Translations under genes and position numbers: made by a program | Part shown: positions 9,541 to 18,252 of the stretch, in pieces | Numbering within the stretch: position 1 is the first letter of the stretch | Layout: each line of letters starts with the position of its first letter | The notes under the pieces: generated by a model | The model's input: only the letters and a program-made list of their open reading frames with translations | Told to the model about the DNA's origin: nothing | The model's database searches: none | Assembly (NCBI GenBank): GCA_900772745.1 | Contig: CAAGRV010000200.1 | Coordinates: forward strand, 1 to 42,170 | DNA length: 42,170 nt | Reading direction: 5' to 3' | Origin: Clostridia bacterium | Lineage (GTDB): Bacteria; Bacillota; Clostridia; Christensenellales; UBA3700

Positions 9541-10886
9541 TCTTTCTCCTTCCACCTTGTAGCCAATTCTACAAGCTGTTGTTTGGTATATTTTTTGTTT
9601 TGACTGATAGATAACTCGACCATTCTGCCTAGCATTTCGCCCACTTGTTTGCCCTTGATACCTAGCGCCAACAAGTCTTTGCCGTCCAATGGCAACTGCT
9701 TGATTGTCATTGCAATTTTGTCTTTTTGCATTTGTGCACGGGTGACAAGTAGCCTTTGGGCGGTGAGCGATACCGCATTGTCGTCGCCAGTGGTCGCCTT
9801 GCTGTCCGCTGTCATCAGCTGGGCAAGGTCGTCCAAAATATCTAGGTTGGTGGCAACGAATTTACGAATGGTCACTTCCCTTGCCGTGTTGGTTAGGTCG
9901 AACATATGATTGGCAATCAAGTTGCAAACCCAAGTTTTTTCCTTGTTGGGGAATTTGTACTCCGTCAACCACTCTCTCGCCAGTTCACTGCCTACTTGGG
10001 CGTGATTGTACATATTGCCGTCTTGCGCCATGCACTCTGCTTTGCCTATGTCGTGCAACAATGCCGCCAATCGCAAATGCTTGGGAGCATATCCCATACA
10101 CTTGATAGAATGTTCGAGCACGTCATAGCGGTGGTACAAATGATTTTGTTCCAGTCCGCCACCACGAGCAAGCTGAGGACATATCTTGGCAAGTACTCCG
10201 CTGTGATACATACTGCGCAAAGCCCTTTCGCAATGGTCGCCTTGCACGATTTTTTCTAGTTCGACTTGCACTCTCTCGACGGAAATGTCGTCCAGCCTGT
10301 CTGCTAGCTTGCTTGCCGTAGCGTAAGTCGTTGGCTCTATCTCGTACCCAAGCACTGACTGAAAACGGAACAACCGCAAAATACGTAACCCGTCTTCTTC
10401 GAATACAAGGTTGCTATCTCTGGTCGTGCGAATAAGCTTGTGATGGATATCTTCCACTCCGCCAAGCACGTCCACAATCTTGGCTTGCTTGATGTCAAAA
10501 TAAACTGCATTGCAACGAAAATCTCTTCGCAAACAATCTTCTTGGACACTGCCCACGAATTGGACGCTCAACGGTCTGTGAGTGCCTTTGGCTGTCGGGT
10601 AGCTGTCACTGCGGAAAGTCGTATATTCGTACTTGTGCTCTTTGCCACATACGATAACCGTGCCAATGCGTTCGCTAGCCTCTTGGACATTCCAACCTAT
10701 GCTTTTGGCAAGTTTGGTCACTTCGTCCACCATCAACGGCGAACAAATATCTATGTCGGGATTGTTGCCTGCCGTCTTGCCCCCTACCAAATAATCTCGC
10801 ACAAAACCGCCCACTATATAAAGTGGTCTATCATCATCGAATAGCGATGCAAATGTGACAAGTTCGGTAGGTACTTTGGTTATCAT
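9531..10886 (-). CDS. cca: CCA tRNA nucleotidyltransferase (class II, with HD domain)
   Basis: 451 aa. It has the GGFVRDYL and DIDI polymerase-beta motifs and an HD domain (LLHDIGK). Its start overlaps the hpt stop (ATGA). Confidence 0.85.
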   Translation of the reverse strand: MITKVPTELVTFASLFDDDRPLYIVGGFVRDYLVGGKTAGNNPDIDICSPLMVDEVTKLAKSIGWNVQEASERIGTVIVCGKEHKYEYTTFRSDSYPTAKGTHRPLSVQFVGSVQEDCLRRDFRCNAVYFDIKQAKIVDVLGGVEDIHHKLIRTTRDSNLVFEEDGLRILRLFRFQSVLGYEIEPTTYATASKLADRLDDISVERVQVELEKIVQGDHCERALRSMYHSGVLAKICPQLARGGGLEQNHLYHRYDVLEHSIKCMGYAPKHLRLAALLHDIGKAECMAQDGNMYNHAQVGSELAREWLTEYKFPNKEKTWVCNLIANHMFDLTNTAREVTIRKFVATNLDILDDLAQLMTADSKATTGDDNAVSLTAQRLLVTRAQMQKDKIAMTIKQLPLDGKDLLALGIKGKQVGEMLGRMVELSISQNKKYTKQQLVELATRWKEKEWK

Positions 10887-11407
10887 TCTAGGCTGAGCAC
10901 TCCTACGTAAGGCAAGTTGCGGTATTTTTGGTCATAGTCCAATCCATAGCCTACGACGAACTCGTCTGGAATCTCGAATCCCGTATAGTCGCCTTGGAAT
11001 TCTACCTTGCGACGACTTGGCTTGTCTAGGAAAGTCACAACTTTGAGCGAATTTGGCTTACGCTCTTTGAGCAAACGAGTCAATGCAAACAACGTGTGCC
11101 CACTGTCGATGATGTCTTCTACAACTATTACGTCCTTGCCCGCAATATCTTCGGCAAGGTCCTTCTTGATTTTTACATTGCCACTCGATATGGTCGATGC
11201 GCCATAGCTCGATACAACCATTGTATCTACTCGCACTGGCAAGTTGATTTCTCTGATAAGATCGGCGAAAAATACGATTGAGCCTTTGAGAATACATACC
11301 ATATATGGCTCTTTGCCTTGGTAGTCTTTGGTGATTTGTGCGCCCATCTCTTTGACCTTTTCAGCGATTTCTTGTTGGCTGAAAAGTTGTTTTGTAATAG
11401 TTTCCAT
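10883..11407 (-). CDS. hpt: Hypoxanthine phosphoribosyltransferase
   Basis: 174 aa with the PRPP-binding loop VIVVEDIIDSGHTL. It occupies the conserved tilS-hpt position. The start overlaps the tilS stop (TAATG). Confidence 0.93.
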   Translation of the reverse strand: METITKQLFSQQEIAEKVKEMGAQITKDYQGKEPYMVCILKGSIVFFADLIREINLPVRVDTMVVSSYGASTISSGNVKIKKDLAEDIAGKDVIVVEDIIDSGHTLFALTRLLKERKPNSLKVVTFLDKPSRRKVEFQGDYTGFEIPDEFVVGYGLDYDQKYRNLPYVGVLSLE

Positions 11408-12708
11408 TATTTATCTCCTGTGTTTTTGTATGCTTTGATATAACAAATATGTGTGGTGCGGTCGGTGATGGCTACCTTGGAGGAAATCTCGATTGGGAGC
11501 ACTGCCAACACGTCATTTTCTTTGGCAATCACGATGAGTGAGCCCCGCTCTCTGAGTGGAACTTTCTTGTCCGTCAAGAAGTCGCCTAGACTCTTTGTGC
11601 CACCGCCAAACTTGGTGAATTTGTCACCCGCCTTGCGAACTCTCAACCAGCTGTCTGCCAATTTGTCAAAATCCGCCCTAAGACAATCTTGCATAGGACT
11701 GAATGATATTTCTACTCTCCACTCGCCCATATCGAACACGCCTATGTCCAACTTGGCTGGCAAAATCTCTCCTCTATGTTTGGACGAGAGCACAATACGC
11801 TCTTGCTCTTTGTAGGCTGTCACGCCCCACGGCAAGTCTATCCTTGCACCCACGCTCTTGCAAGATAGGTCGTACAACAAGTCAACGTGTCTTTGTTCGA
11901 AGTCCACTCTCCAACCCATTTTGTCAAGCCCCGCAAAAATACTGCCTGTCGCTACAATATCTCGTCTGTCAAATAGCGACAGCGGAAAAATTAAGTCGCC
12001 TTGCTCGACCTTGAACTCCACTAGGTGTTTGTCCAAAAATTGTTGCATCATCGTAGCGGTCGTCGCCAAACGGGATATGTTGGCAACCGCCGATGGATAA
12101 ATCTCTTGGATAAGCGGAAGTATCTCATGTCTGATTTTGTTGCGAGAATAGTCTGTTTGCTCGTTGGTGCTGTCTACAAGATAATCCCAGCCATTGAGTT
12201 TCATCTTCTCTTGGATTTGGCTCGAAGATATGCCTAGGAGCGGACGAAGTAACATTCCGTCATCTAGGCTCATTCCGCACAAACCTTTGATGCCACTTCC
12301 ACGAAAAACGTGCATAAGCACGGACTCGGCTTGGTCGTCCATGTGGTGGGCGGTGACTACTCTCTGCGCCTTGCCAAGTGCTACGACTTGGGCAAAAATC
12401 TCTCTGCGACGAAGTCGCGCGCCTTGTTCTGTGCCATATCCATTGCGTCGACAATATGAAGATATATCTTCGTCATAATAGTCACACTCCACGCCGTTGT
12501 CCGCACAAAATTGGCGTACAAAATCGCTGTCACGGTCGCTCTCTGCGCCACGCAAATTGTGATTGATATTGATAACAAAAAACGCTGGCAATTCTTCTTT
12601 GTTCTCAACAAAAAGGTGGAGCAAATACATTGAGTCTTTGCCTCCACTGACTGCAAGTGCCAATTTTTTGAATTGTCTTAAATACTCCAACACGCTTTTG
12701 TCCAACAT
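11407..12708 (-). CDS. tilS: tRNA(Ile)-lysidine synthase
   Basis: It has the PP-loop LALAVSGGKDS and lies next to hpt. I prefer the start at ATG 12708 (MLDKSV...). The ORF track extends to a TTG at 12738. No clear SD precedes either start. Confidence 0.85.
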   Translation of the reverse strand: MLDKSVLEYLRQFKKLALAVSGGKDSMYLLHLFVENKEELPAFFVININHNLRGAESDRDSDFVRQFCADNGVECDYYDEDISSYCRRNGYGTEQGARLRRREIFAQVVALGKAQRVVTAHHMDDQAESVLMHVFRGSGIKGLCGMSLDDGMLLRPLLGISSSQIQEKMKLNGWDYLVDSTNEQTDYSRNKIRHEILPLIQEIYPSAVANISRLATTATMMQQFLDKHLVEFKVEQGDLIFPLSLFDRRDIVATGSIFAGLDKMGWRVDFEQRHVDLLYDLSCKSVGARIDLPWGVTAYKEQERIVLSSKHRGEILPAKLDIGVFDMGEWRVEISFSPMQDCLRADFDKLADSWLRVRKAGDKFTKFGGGTKSLGDFLTDKKVPLRERGSLIVIAKENDVLAVLPIEISSKVAITDRTTHICYIKAYKNTGDK

Positions 12709-12755
12709 ACATAAATTATAATATAAAAGCGTGTACAAATCAATACTTTGAGGTT

Positions 12756-15032
12756 TTATTGGGATAAAAATATTCTGAACGCTATCACCGTCGCATCGTC
12801 TTGCAATCCTATCCGTCTAGCTTGCCCCATAATCTCGTCGCACACGACTTGGGGATTGAGCGAACCTATCTTGTCAAGTATGAGCGTTATGCCGTCTGGC
12901 GTAAGAGCGTCGTTGATACCGTCTGATACCACCACCGCCATATCGCCCACCACCAACATTTGGCGACTTATCTGCGGATTGGCGTCTTCGATGATACCCA
13001 TCGGGAGCGCAACCGCCGGAACAATTTCGACAGTGGACTCTCGCCTTATATAGCTCTCCACACCGCCCAATTTGATGAAGTCCACCAAAGCATTGTCAAG
13101 GTCAACTACGCACATATCCAGCGCACAAAAGTTGTCTTGCGAGGTGACCGCAAGCAATCTGTTGATGAGCGAGAGCGAGCGGGCATTGTCCCAGCCTACC
13201 TTGTAATAGTTGGCTACCATTTCCATTGCCTTGGTGCTGTCGTGTTGGGCATTTTCGCCACTGCCCATTCCGTCGCATAGCGCAACCAAAACTTTGCTCC
13301 CGCCTATCTTGATAACCTTGACTATATCCCCACAAGCTACCGAGCCTTGCTTGATTTGTTGGCAAAATCCGTATGCAAGATTGTACTTGGAAGATGGCAA
13401 AAGATTGATATGTATTCGGTTTTCGCCAATTTTTGTCATTTCTTCGTCCAGCTGTAAACGGTGTCCGACCACCTTTTGGGCAACCTTGATAAGCATATCG
13501 TTGTCTAGGTCTTGTTCCCTGACTACCATAGACAAACTTACCCCGCCACTGCACGACATTGTCATCACTTCACTGCACACAATGTTGTATTCGGCAAGCT
13601 CGCTCACCAGCCTATCTTCCATCTCCAAATCCACACTGCCACTATCTAGCAAATTTTGGCTGAGCTGTCCCAATGCACCGCCCACACCAGCAAGCTGACT
13701 TGCCATCAGCTGACTATCTCTGCCATAGTTTTTCCTTGCCGTTCGCCTTGCCAAATAACTGCCAACTAGGCTGTTGGTGGTGGCAAGGAGCTGTGGAATT
13801 TTGTTGCAATGAGCATTGACGAAGTTGGGCAAATCCACCAGCGACGCTCTGCCTGTCGCCAGTCCGCTGGATATAACGCTCTCGAAAATCGTGCTGGTCT
13901 GCTTGCCCAGCGCACGAAAACACTCTTCTCGCCTTTCGCACTTGTTGCAAGTGCAAGTCATCAACTCGCTAGCTAGCACAACTTCCGCTTTGTCGTCGGT
14001 AGTGATAGTTTGGCTGTAATGACAATATGCGTCCGCCATCTCATAGAACACTTTGGATATACCGCTCACTCGGTGGGATAGGTCGGCTTTGGCTCTGTCT
14101 AACAAAGTTTTGGCAGAAACGCTACTGCTGACTTCTTTGTAGATTGGAATTCTATCGAGCAAGGCTTTGGGCAAAATTGTGCATATCAACGCCCCGACAG
14201 CAAACCCTATCATTGCGCCATAATCTATCACTCCAAAATACTCAAAATAGACTTGGAGCAAACACCACATAAGCACAACGGCAACGCCCGCTAGGTATCT
14301 GTTGTATTTGACGAACACCCAACCCGCCAGCACGACTGCCAGCGTTTTGCCCACAATCTCCAATCCAAGCCCACCCAAAGAGCCCCCAAGCGATATGCCA
14401 AAACTTGCCACCACCGCAATATGCAAAGGGAGCTTGAACACCGTCAGCACACAACACGCCCCAAGCGCCAAATAGTATGGACGAAAACCCACTATGCTCA
14501 CACTGTAAAGTCCAAGCGACAACATAGCGCAAAGCACCACTCCGCCTATACATTCGTTGGTGGACAGTCTGTGCATATTACCCCGCACGCACACGCCACG
14601 CACAAAATCTAAGCAAAAAAACGTGACCAACTGGCAGACAAGCACGTTGATGACGAGATAGAGAGGATTGGTATCGAACATATCCACCAGCACGAGCGGC
14701 AAAAGTGACAAAAAGCCAAAGATATTGCACGCAAGCATTCCCATTGGACGGCGAAGGCGGTGATAGATGATATGTGTTAGGCACATAATGACAACTGGCG
14801 ATAGGGCGTACACTATGCCCGCAAGTGACGGATTGGCAAGCAAGCACCCTGCTATGTACATAGGTGACAAAATCCACACGTTGAGTCCGCACATAACGAG
14901 TGCAACATAGAGTGATATTGCCACTCCGAGCAAGTCTTGGACAAGTCTTGCCCTAGCAAGTAGCCAAAAGAACGCCATACAAGATAAATATACGCCCACG
15001 CCTTTCAGTTTTTGTTTACTATTTGTTTTCAT
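12756..15032 (-). CDS. spoIIE: Stage II sporulation protein E (PP2C phosphatase)
   Basis: 758 aa. The N-terminal ~300 aa hold about 10 TM helices. The C-terminal PP2C domain has the CDGMGSGENA and VVSDGI motifs. Confidence 0.88.
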   Translation of the reverse strand: MKTNSKQKLKGVGVYLSCMAFFWLLARARLVQDLLGVAISLYVALVMCGLNVWILSPMYIAGCLLANPSLAGIVYALSPVVIMCLTHIIYHRLRRPMGMLACNIFGFLSLLPLVLVDMFDTNPLYLVINVLVCQLVTFFCLDFVRGVCVRGNMHRLSTNECIGGVVLCAMLSLGLYSVSIVGFRPYYLALGACCVLTVFKLPLHIAVVASFGISLGGSLGGLGLEIVGKTLAVVLAGWVFVKYNRYLAGVAVVLMWCLLQVYFEYFGVIDYGAMIGFAVGALICTILPKALLDRIPIYKEVSSSVSAKTLLDRAKADLSHRVSGISKVFYEMADAYCHYSQTITTDDKAEVVLASELMTCTCNKCERREECFRALGKQTSTIFESVISSGLATGRASLVDLPNFVNAHCNKIPQLLATTNSLVGSYLARRTARKNYGRDSQLMASQLAGVGGALGQLSQNLLDSGSVDLEMEDRLVSELAEYNIVCSEVMTMSCSGGVSLSMVVREQDLDNDMLIKVAQKVVGHRLQLDEEMTKIGENRIHINLLPSSKYNLAYGFCQQIKQGSVACGDIVKVIKIGGSKVLVALCDGMGSGENAQHDSTKAMEMVANYYKVGWDNARSLSLINRLLAVTSQDNFCALDMCVVDLDNALVDFIKLGGVESYIRRESTVEIVPAVALPMGIIEDANPQISRQMLVVGDMAVVVSDGINDALTPDGITLILDKIGSLNPQVVCDEIMGQARRIGLQDDATVIAFRIFLSQ

Positions 15033-15089
15033 AGCCTTAGCATAAATCTTGACGGCTGACGAATTTCGACTATCTTTGCCGAATGTAGG

Positions 15090-15755
15090 CTATTTTTGTA
15101 TGTTGGGAGAGCTGGACAAACAAAGTATAGTTGGTTTGGACGACTTGTAGCCCTTGTGCTGGGAATGATTGAACCACAACGGACGCAACTTGCCTACCGC
15201 AATGTCCGCAATATGCCCGCCCGTCGCAACAACGGCTTGGTCGCTCCAATTTCCTATCACCACACACCCTACCGCCAAAGAAAGCGCTTGGAGCATAGTC
15301 AAAGATTGGGCCGTGATTGGGCTGTGATTGCAGTGCACGATATATCTAAGCTCCATGCCAATGTACTTGCTCCAAATGTCAGCATACATTATGTCGCTGT
15401 CTATGACAAGTCCTATTTTGCCCGCCTCGGTATATGCCAAAAATATACAATTTCTCGATACGTATCCACATTTTGCATTTATCTCGTCTTGCAAACACAC
15501 TACTCTGCCACTATCCAACACCGCCACACTGTTGGAGCACTTGCCACCATCAAAGCACCTGAGCGGAACGACAATCGTCGACTGAGTACTCCTCGACAAC
15601 TCCAACATATCCCCCATATCCGCATTGAATGGTTGAGCTATGTCCACTCTGCCTACCACATTTCTACCCAACACCACCATATCGCCCTTGCCAAAGACTT
15701 TGCCATACTTCTCCGCCAAGTCTTCGGCTGTTATATCCGACACACAATAGACCAT
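15090..15755 (-). CDS. Hypothetical protein, weak resemblance to the carbon-nitrogen hydrolase fold
   Basis: The ORF runs 15090..15806. ATG 15755 (MVYCVSD) is a tentative start, and neither candidate start has an SD. The segment AGKIGLVIDSDIMYADIW sits where the GxxICYD nucleophile motif of nitrilase-superfamily proteins would be, but it lacks the Cys. A mirror ORF on the plus strand makes the coding call less secure. Confidence 0.4.
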   Translation of the reverse strand: MVYCVSDITAEDLAEKYGKVFGKGDMVVLGRNVVGRVDIAQPFNADMGDMLELSRSTQSTIVVPLRCFDGGKCSNSVAVLDSGRVVCLQDEINAKCGYVSRNCIFLAYTEAGKIGLVIDSDIMYADIWSKYIGMELRYIVHCNHSPITAQSLTMLQALSLAVGCVVIGNWSDQAVVATGGHIADIAVGKLRPLWFNHSQHKGYKSSKPTILCLSSSPNIQK

Positions 15756-15804
15756 ATTTATTGTATGAACAATATGCCAAAATGGAAAATAAAATAAAAA
15801 TTGC

Positions 15805-15834
15805 AAAAAAAATAGGCCACCCGAAGGTAGCCTA
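15805..15834 (-). terminator. Rho-independent terminator downstream of pfp
   Basis: On the minus strand the sequence TAGGCTACC-TTCG-GGTGGCCTA (one mismatch in the stem) is followed by TTTTTTTT. Confidence 0.75.
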
Positions 15835-15847
15835 AATTGTCTAAAAA

Positions 15848-17101
15848 TTACTTGTTAGCCAAAACTTTTTTGAGTTGAGCAAATCTTGGCAATCCATCTT
15901 CAAGTGGAGCTTTGCAGTCGCCTTGAATGAGTGGAAGTGCATAATCAATGTAGTCTTGAGAAAGCATTGTGCCATCGTTGATAATCCACTCAGCTGGGAT
16001 TTTCTTCTCTGTGTTGGCAGCCTTAGAAAGACCTACTACGCCAATCTTGCACTTGTATTTGCCAGATGGAGTTGTATCTCTTTTGAGTACTACCATCTTG
16101 TCGGTTGTGCCTCTAACAGCATACTTAACAGCAGCAGCGCCAGACTTGAAAGCCTCCTCAACGTCAACCTTAGATGCAAGGTGAGCACCGCATCTTTGCA
16201 TCAAGCTGAATTCGATTGCTCTTGTCTTGCTACCGAATTTCTCTTTGCAAAGGTTGGCAAGAGCTGTGCCAACGCCACCAAGTTGTGCGTGACCAAAGCT
16301 GTCTTTTGCAATGTTCTTGTTGAGTGTTTCTGCGATGAGTTCGCCATCAGCATTGGCAATACCCTCAGAGATAGCAATCATACATTTGCCGTTGTTTTCA
16401 GCAAGTTTCTTTTCTACGTCAGCCAAGAATTTTTCTGTGCTGAATGCAACTTCTGGAAGGTAGATAAGATCAGGACCTAGTCCCTTGTAGTTTGCCAAAG
16501 ATGCAGCAGCTGTCAACCAGCCAGCGTGTCTACCCATGATTTCCACAACAGTAATCATTGGGGTGTCGTAAACGTTGGCGTCAAGTTTGAGCTCCATCAT
16601 TGTGGTAGCAACATACTTGGCAGCAGACGCATAACCTGGGCAGTGGTCTGTTCCGAACAAGTCGTTGTCGATAGTCTTAGGAACGCCCATTACTCTCATT
16701 TCCCAATCGTTCTTCTTCATAAACTTACTGATTTTGTTGCAAGTATCCATAGAGTCATTGCCACCGTTGTAGAAGAAGTATCTGATATTGTACTTCTTGA
16801 ATACTTCGAGCAATCTCTTATAATCAGTGTCGTCTTTTTTGAAGTCAGCGAGCTTGTATCTTACTGAACCGAGTGCAGAAGATGGAGTATTCTTCAAAAG
16901 CATAAGCTCCTTTGGATCTTCTTTGCTCATATCATAGAATTCTTCGTTGAGAACGCCTCTGATACCGTGAGCAGCACCATAAACTGCTGTGATACAATCT
17001 TGTTTGAGTGCTTCGGTGAATACACCAGCGGCACTAGAGTTGATAACTGATGATGGACCGCCAGATTGACCGAACATCAAAGCACCTACTAATTTTTCCA
17101 T
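15848..17101 (-). CDS. pfp: Pyrophosphate-dependent phosphofructokinase-like protein (long PFK group)
   Basis: 417 aa. It has the GQSGGPSSVINSS, PKTIDNDL and MGRHAGWL motifs seen in PPi-PFK-type enzymes. The phosphoryl donor cannot be proven from sequence by eye. Confidence 0.75.
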   Translation of the reverse strand: MEKLVGALMFGQSGGPSSVINSSAAGVFTEALKQDCITAVYGAAHGIRGVLNEEFYDMSKEDPKELMLLKNTPSSALGSVRYKLADFKKDDTDYKRLLEVFKKYNIRYFFYNGGNDSMDTCNKISKFMKKNDWEMRVMGVPKTIDNDLFGTDHCPGYASAAKYVATTMMELKLDANVYDTPMITVVEIMGRHAGWLTAAASLANYKGLGPDLIYLPEVAFSTEKFLADVEKKLAENNGKCMIAISEGIANADGELIAETLNKNIAKDSFGHAQLGGVGTALANLCKEKFGSKTRAIEFSLMQRCGAHLASKVDVEEAFKSGAAAVKYAVRGTTDKMVVLKRDTTPSGKYKCKIGVVGLSKAANTEKKIPAEWIINDGTMLSQDYIDYALPLIQGDCKAPLEDGLPRFAQLKKVLANK

Positions 17102-17117
17102 AAGTAAACCTCCAATT

Positions 17118-18083
17118 TTAACTTCCTAATATTGTAGCTGTTTTGTACAGCGATTTGTTGAATTTTCTTTCCCTTGACAACGCTTCTGAGATGTCTTCGT
17201 CGATGACTTGGTTGTCACGGATTCCTACTACTCTGCCACCCATATCTTCTTTGAGCAAGTCAACCGCTCTGACAGCGAACTTCGCCGCAAGCATTCTGTC
17301 TTGCATAGATGGCGCACCGCCACGTTGGATATATCCGAGTGTAGTAGTTTTGATAGAGCCTTCGACACCCTTTTCTTTGAGCTTGGCTTTGAGCTCTTCT
17401 GCTTTGCAAACCCCTTCTGCCAACACGATAATGTCCGAAGTTTTGCCAAGTCTTTGGTTGCGACGAATGCTCTTGACAATGTTGTCGAGCTTGAATTCTA
17501 CCTCTGGTACGAGTATGATTTCTGCACCGCCGCCGATACCTGCATAAAGTGCAATATCTCCACACTTTCTGCCCATAACCTCGATAATACATACACGATT
17601 GTGAGATGTCATTGTATCTCTTAGGTTGTTGATTGCGTTGAGCACGGTGTTGCAAGTGGTGTCAAAGCCCAATGTAAAGTCGGTATAAGCTAGGTCGTTG
17701 TCGATAGTGCCAGGTATGCCGATGGTCTTGACATTGAACATTTCGTACAAGTCTTTTGCACCCCTAAAACTTCCGTCACCGCCGATGACTACCAATCCCT
17801 CGATGCCGTATGCGTCCAACGTGTCGACTGCTTGTTGCATAACTTCACGCTCTTTGAACTCTGTACATCTTGCAGTTTTGAGCATTGTGCCACCCCTTTG
17901 AACAATGTCGGATACCGATCTTTTGTTCATAAGATTGACTGTGCCGTTGAGAAGTCCTACATAGCCTTGTTCTATGCCATATACTTCAAAGCCTTGGTCG
18001 ATCGCATAACGTGTAACCGCTCTGATACAAGCGTTCATACCCGGAGCATCGCCGCCGCTGGTCAAAATTCCTATCCTTCTCAT
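17118..18083 (-). CDS. pfkA: ATP-dependent 6-phosphofructokinase
   Basis: 321 aa. It has MRRIGILTSGGDAPGMNA, IPGTIDNDL and MGRKCGDIAL. It follows the conserved dnaE-pfkA order of Firmicutes. Confidence 0.92.
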   Translation of the reverse strand: MRRIGILTSGGDAPGMNACIRAVTRYAIDQGFEVYGIEQGYVGLLNGTVNLMNKRSVSDIVQRGGTMLKTARCTEFKEREVMQQAVDTLDAYGIEGLVVIGGDGSFRGAKDLYEMFNVKTIGIPGTIDNDLAYTDFTLGFDTTCNTVLNAINNLRDTMTSHNRVCIIEVMGRKCGDIALYAGIGGGAEIILVPEVEFKLDNIVKSIRRNQRLGKTSDIIVLAEGVCKAEELKAKLKEKGVEGSIKTTTLGYIQRGGAPSMQDRMLAAKFAVRAVDLLKEDMGGRVVGIRDNQVIDEDISEALSRERKFNKSLYKTATILGS

Positions 18084-18212
18084 TCTCTTCTCCTGTCAAA
18101 TTGACTTGGTGTGATTTGGGTTTATAAGTGATAGTTTTGTCTTTTATCACCCAAATTATTCTAACACAAATTTTGGATATTTACCACACTTTTATCAATA
18201 TTTTAGCAATTA

Positions 18213-18246
18213 TATATGATTTTTTATATGATTTTATATGATTTTT
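18213..18246. repeat. Three direct copies of ATATGATTTT(T), which read as phased A-tracts on the minus strand
   Basis: The copies are TATATGATTTTTT / ATATGATTTT / ATATGATTTTT with a 10-12 bp period. They sit between the dnaE stop (18253) and the pfkA start (18083). Confidence 0.8.
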
Positions 18247-18252
18247 GGCTTA

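Noticed and set aside
15096-15797. 233-aa plus-strand ORF mirroring the 15090..15806 minus-strand ORF
   Set aside because: Its composition (R/H/Y/Q-rich, no hydrophobic periodicity) is junk-like, and every neighbour is on the minus strand. I kept the minus-strand frame as a low-confidence CDS and flagged the ambiguity as a finding.
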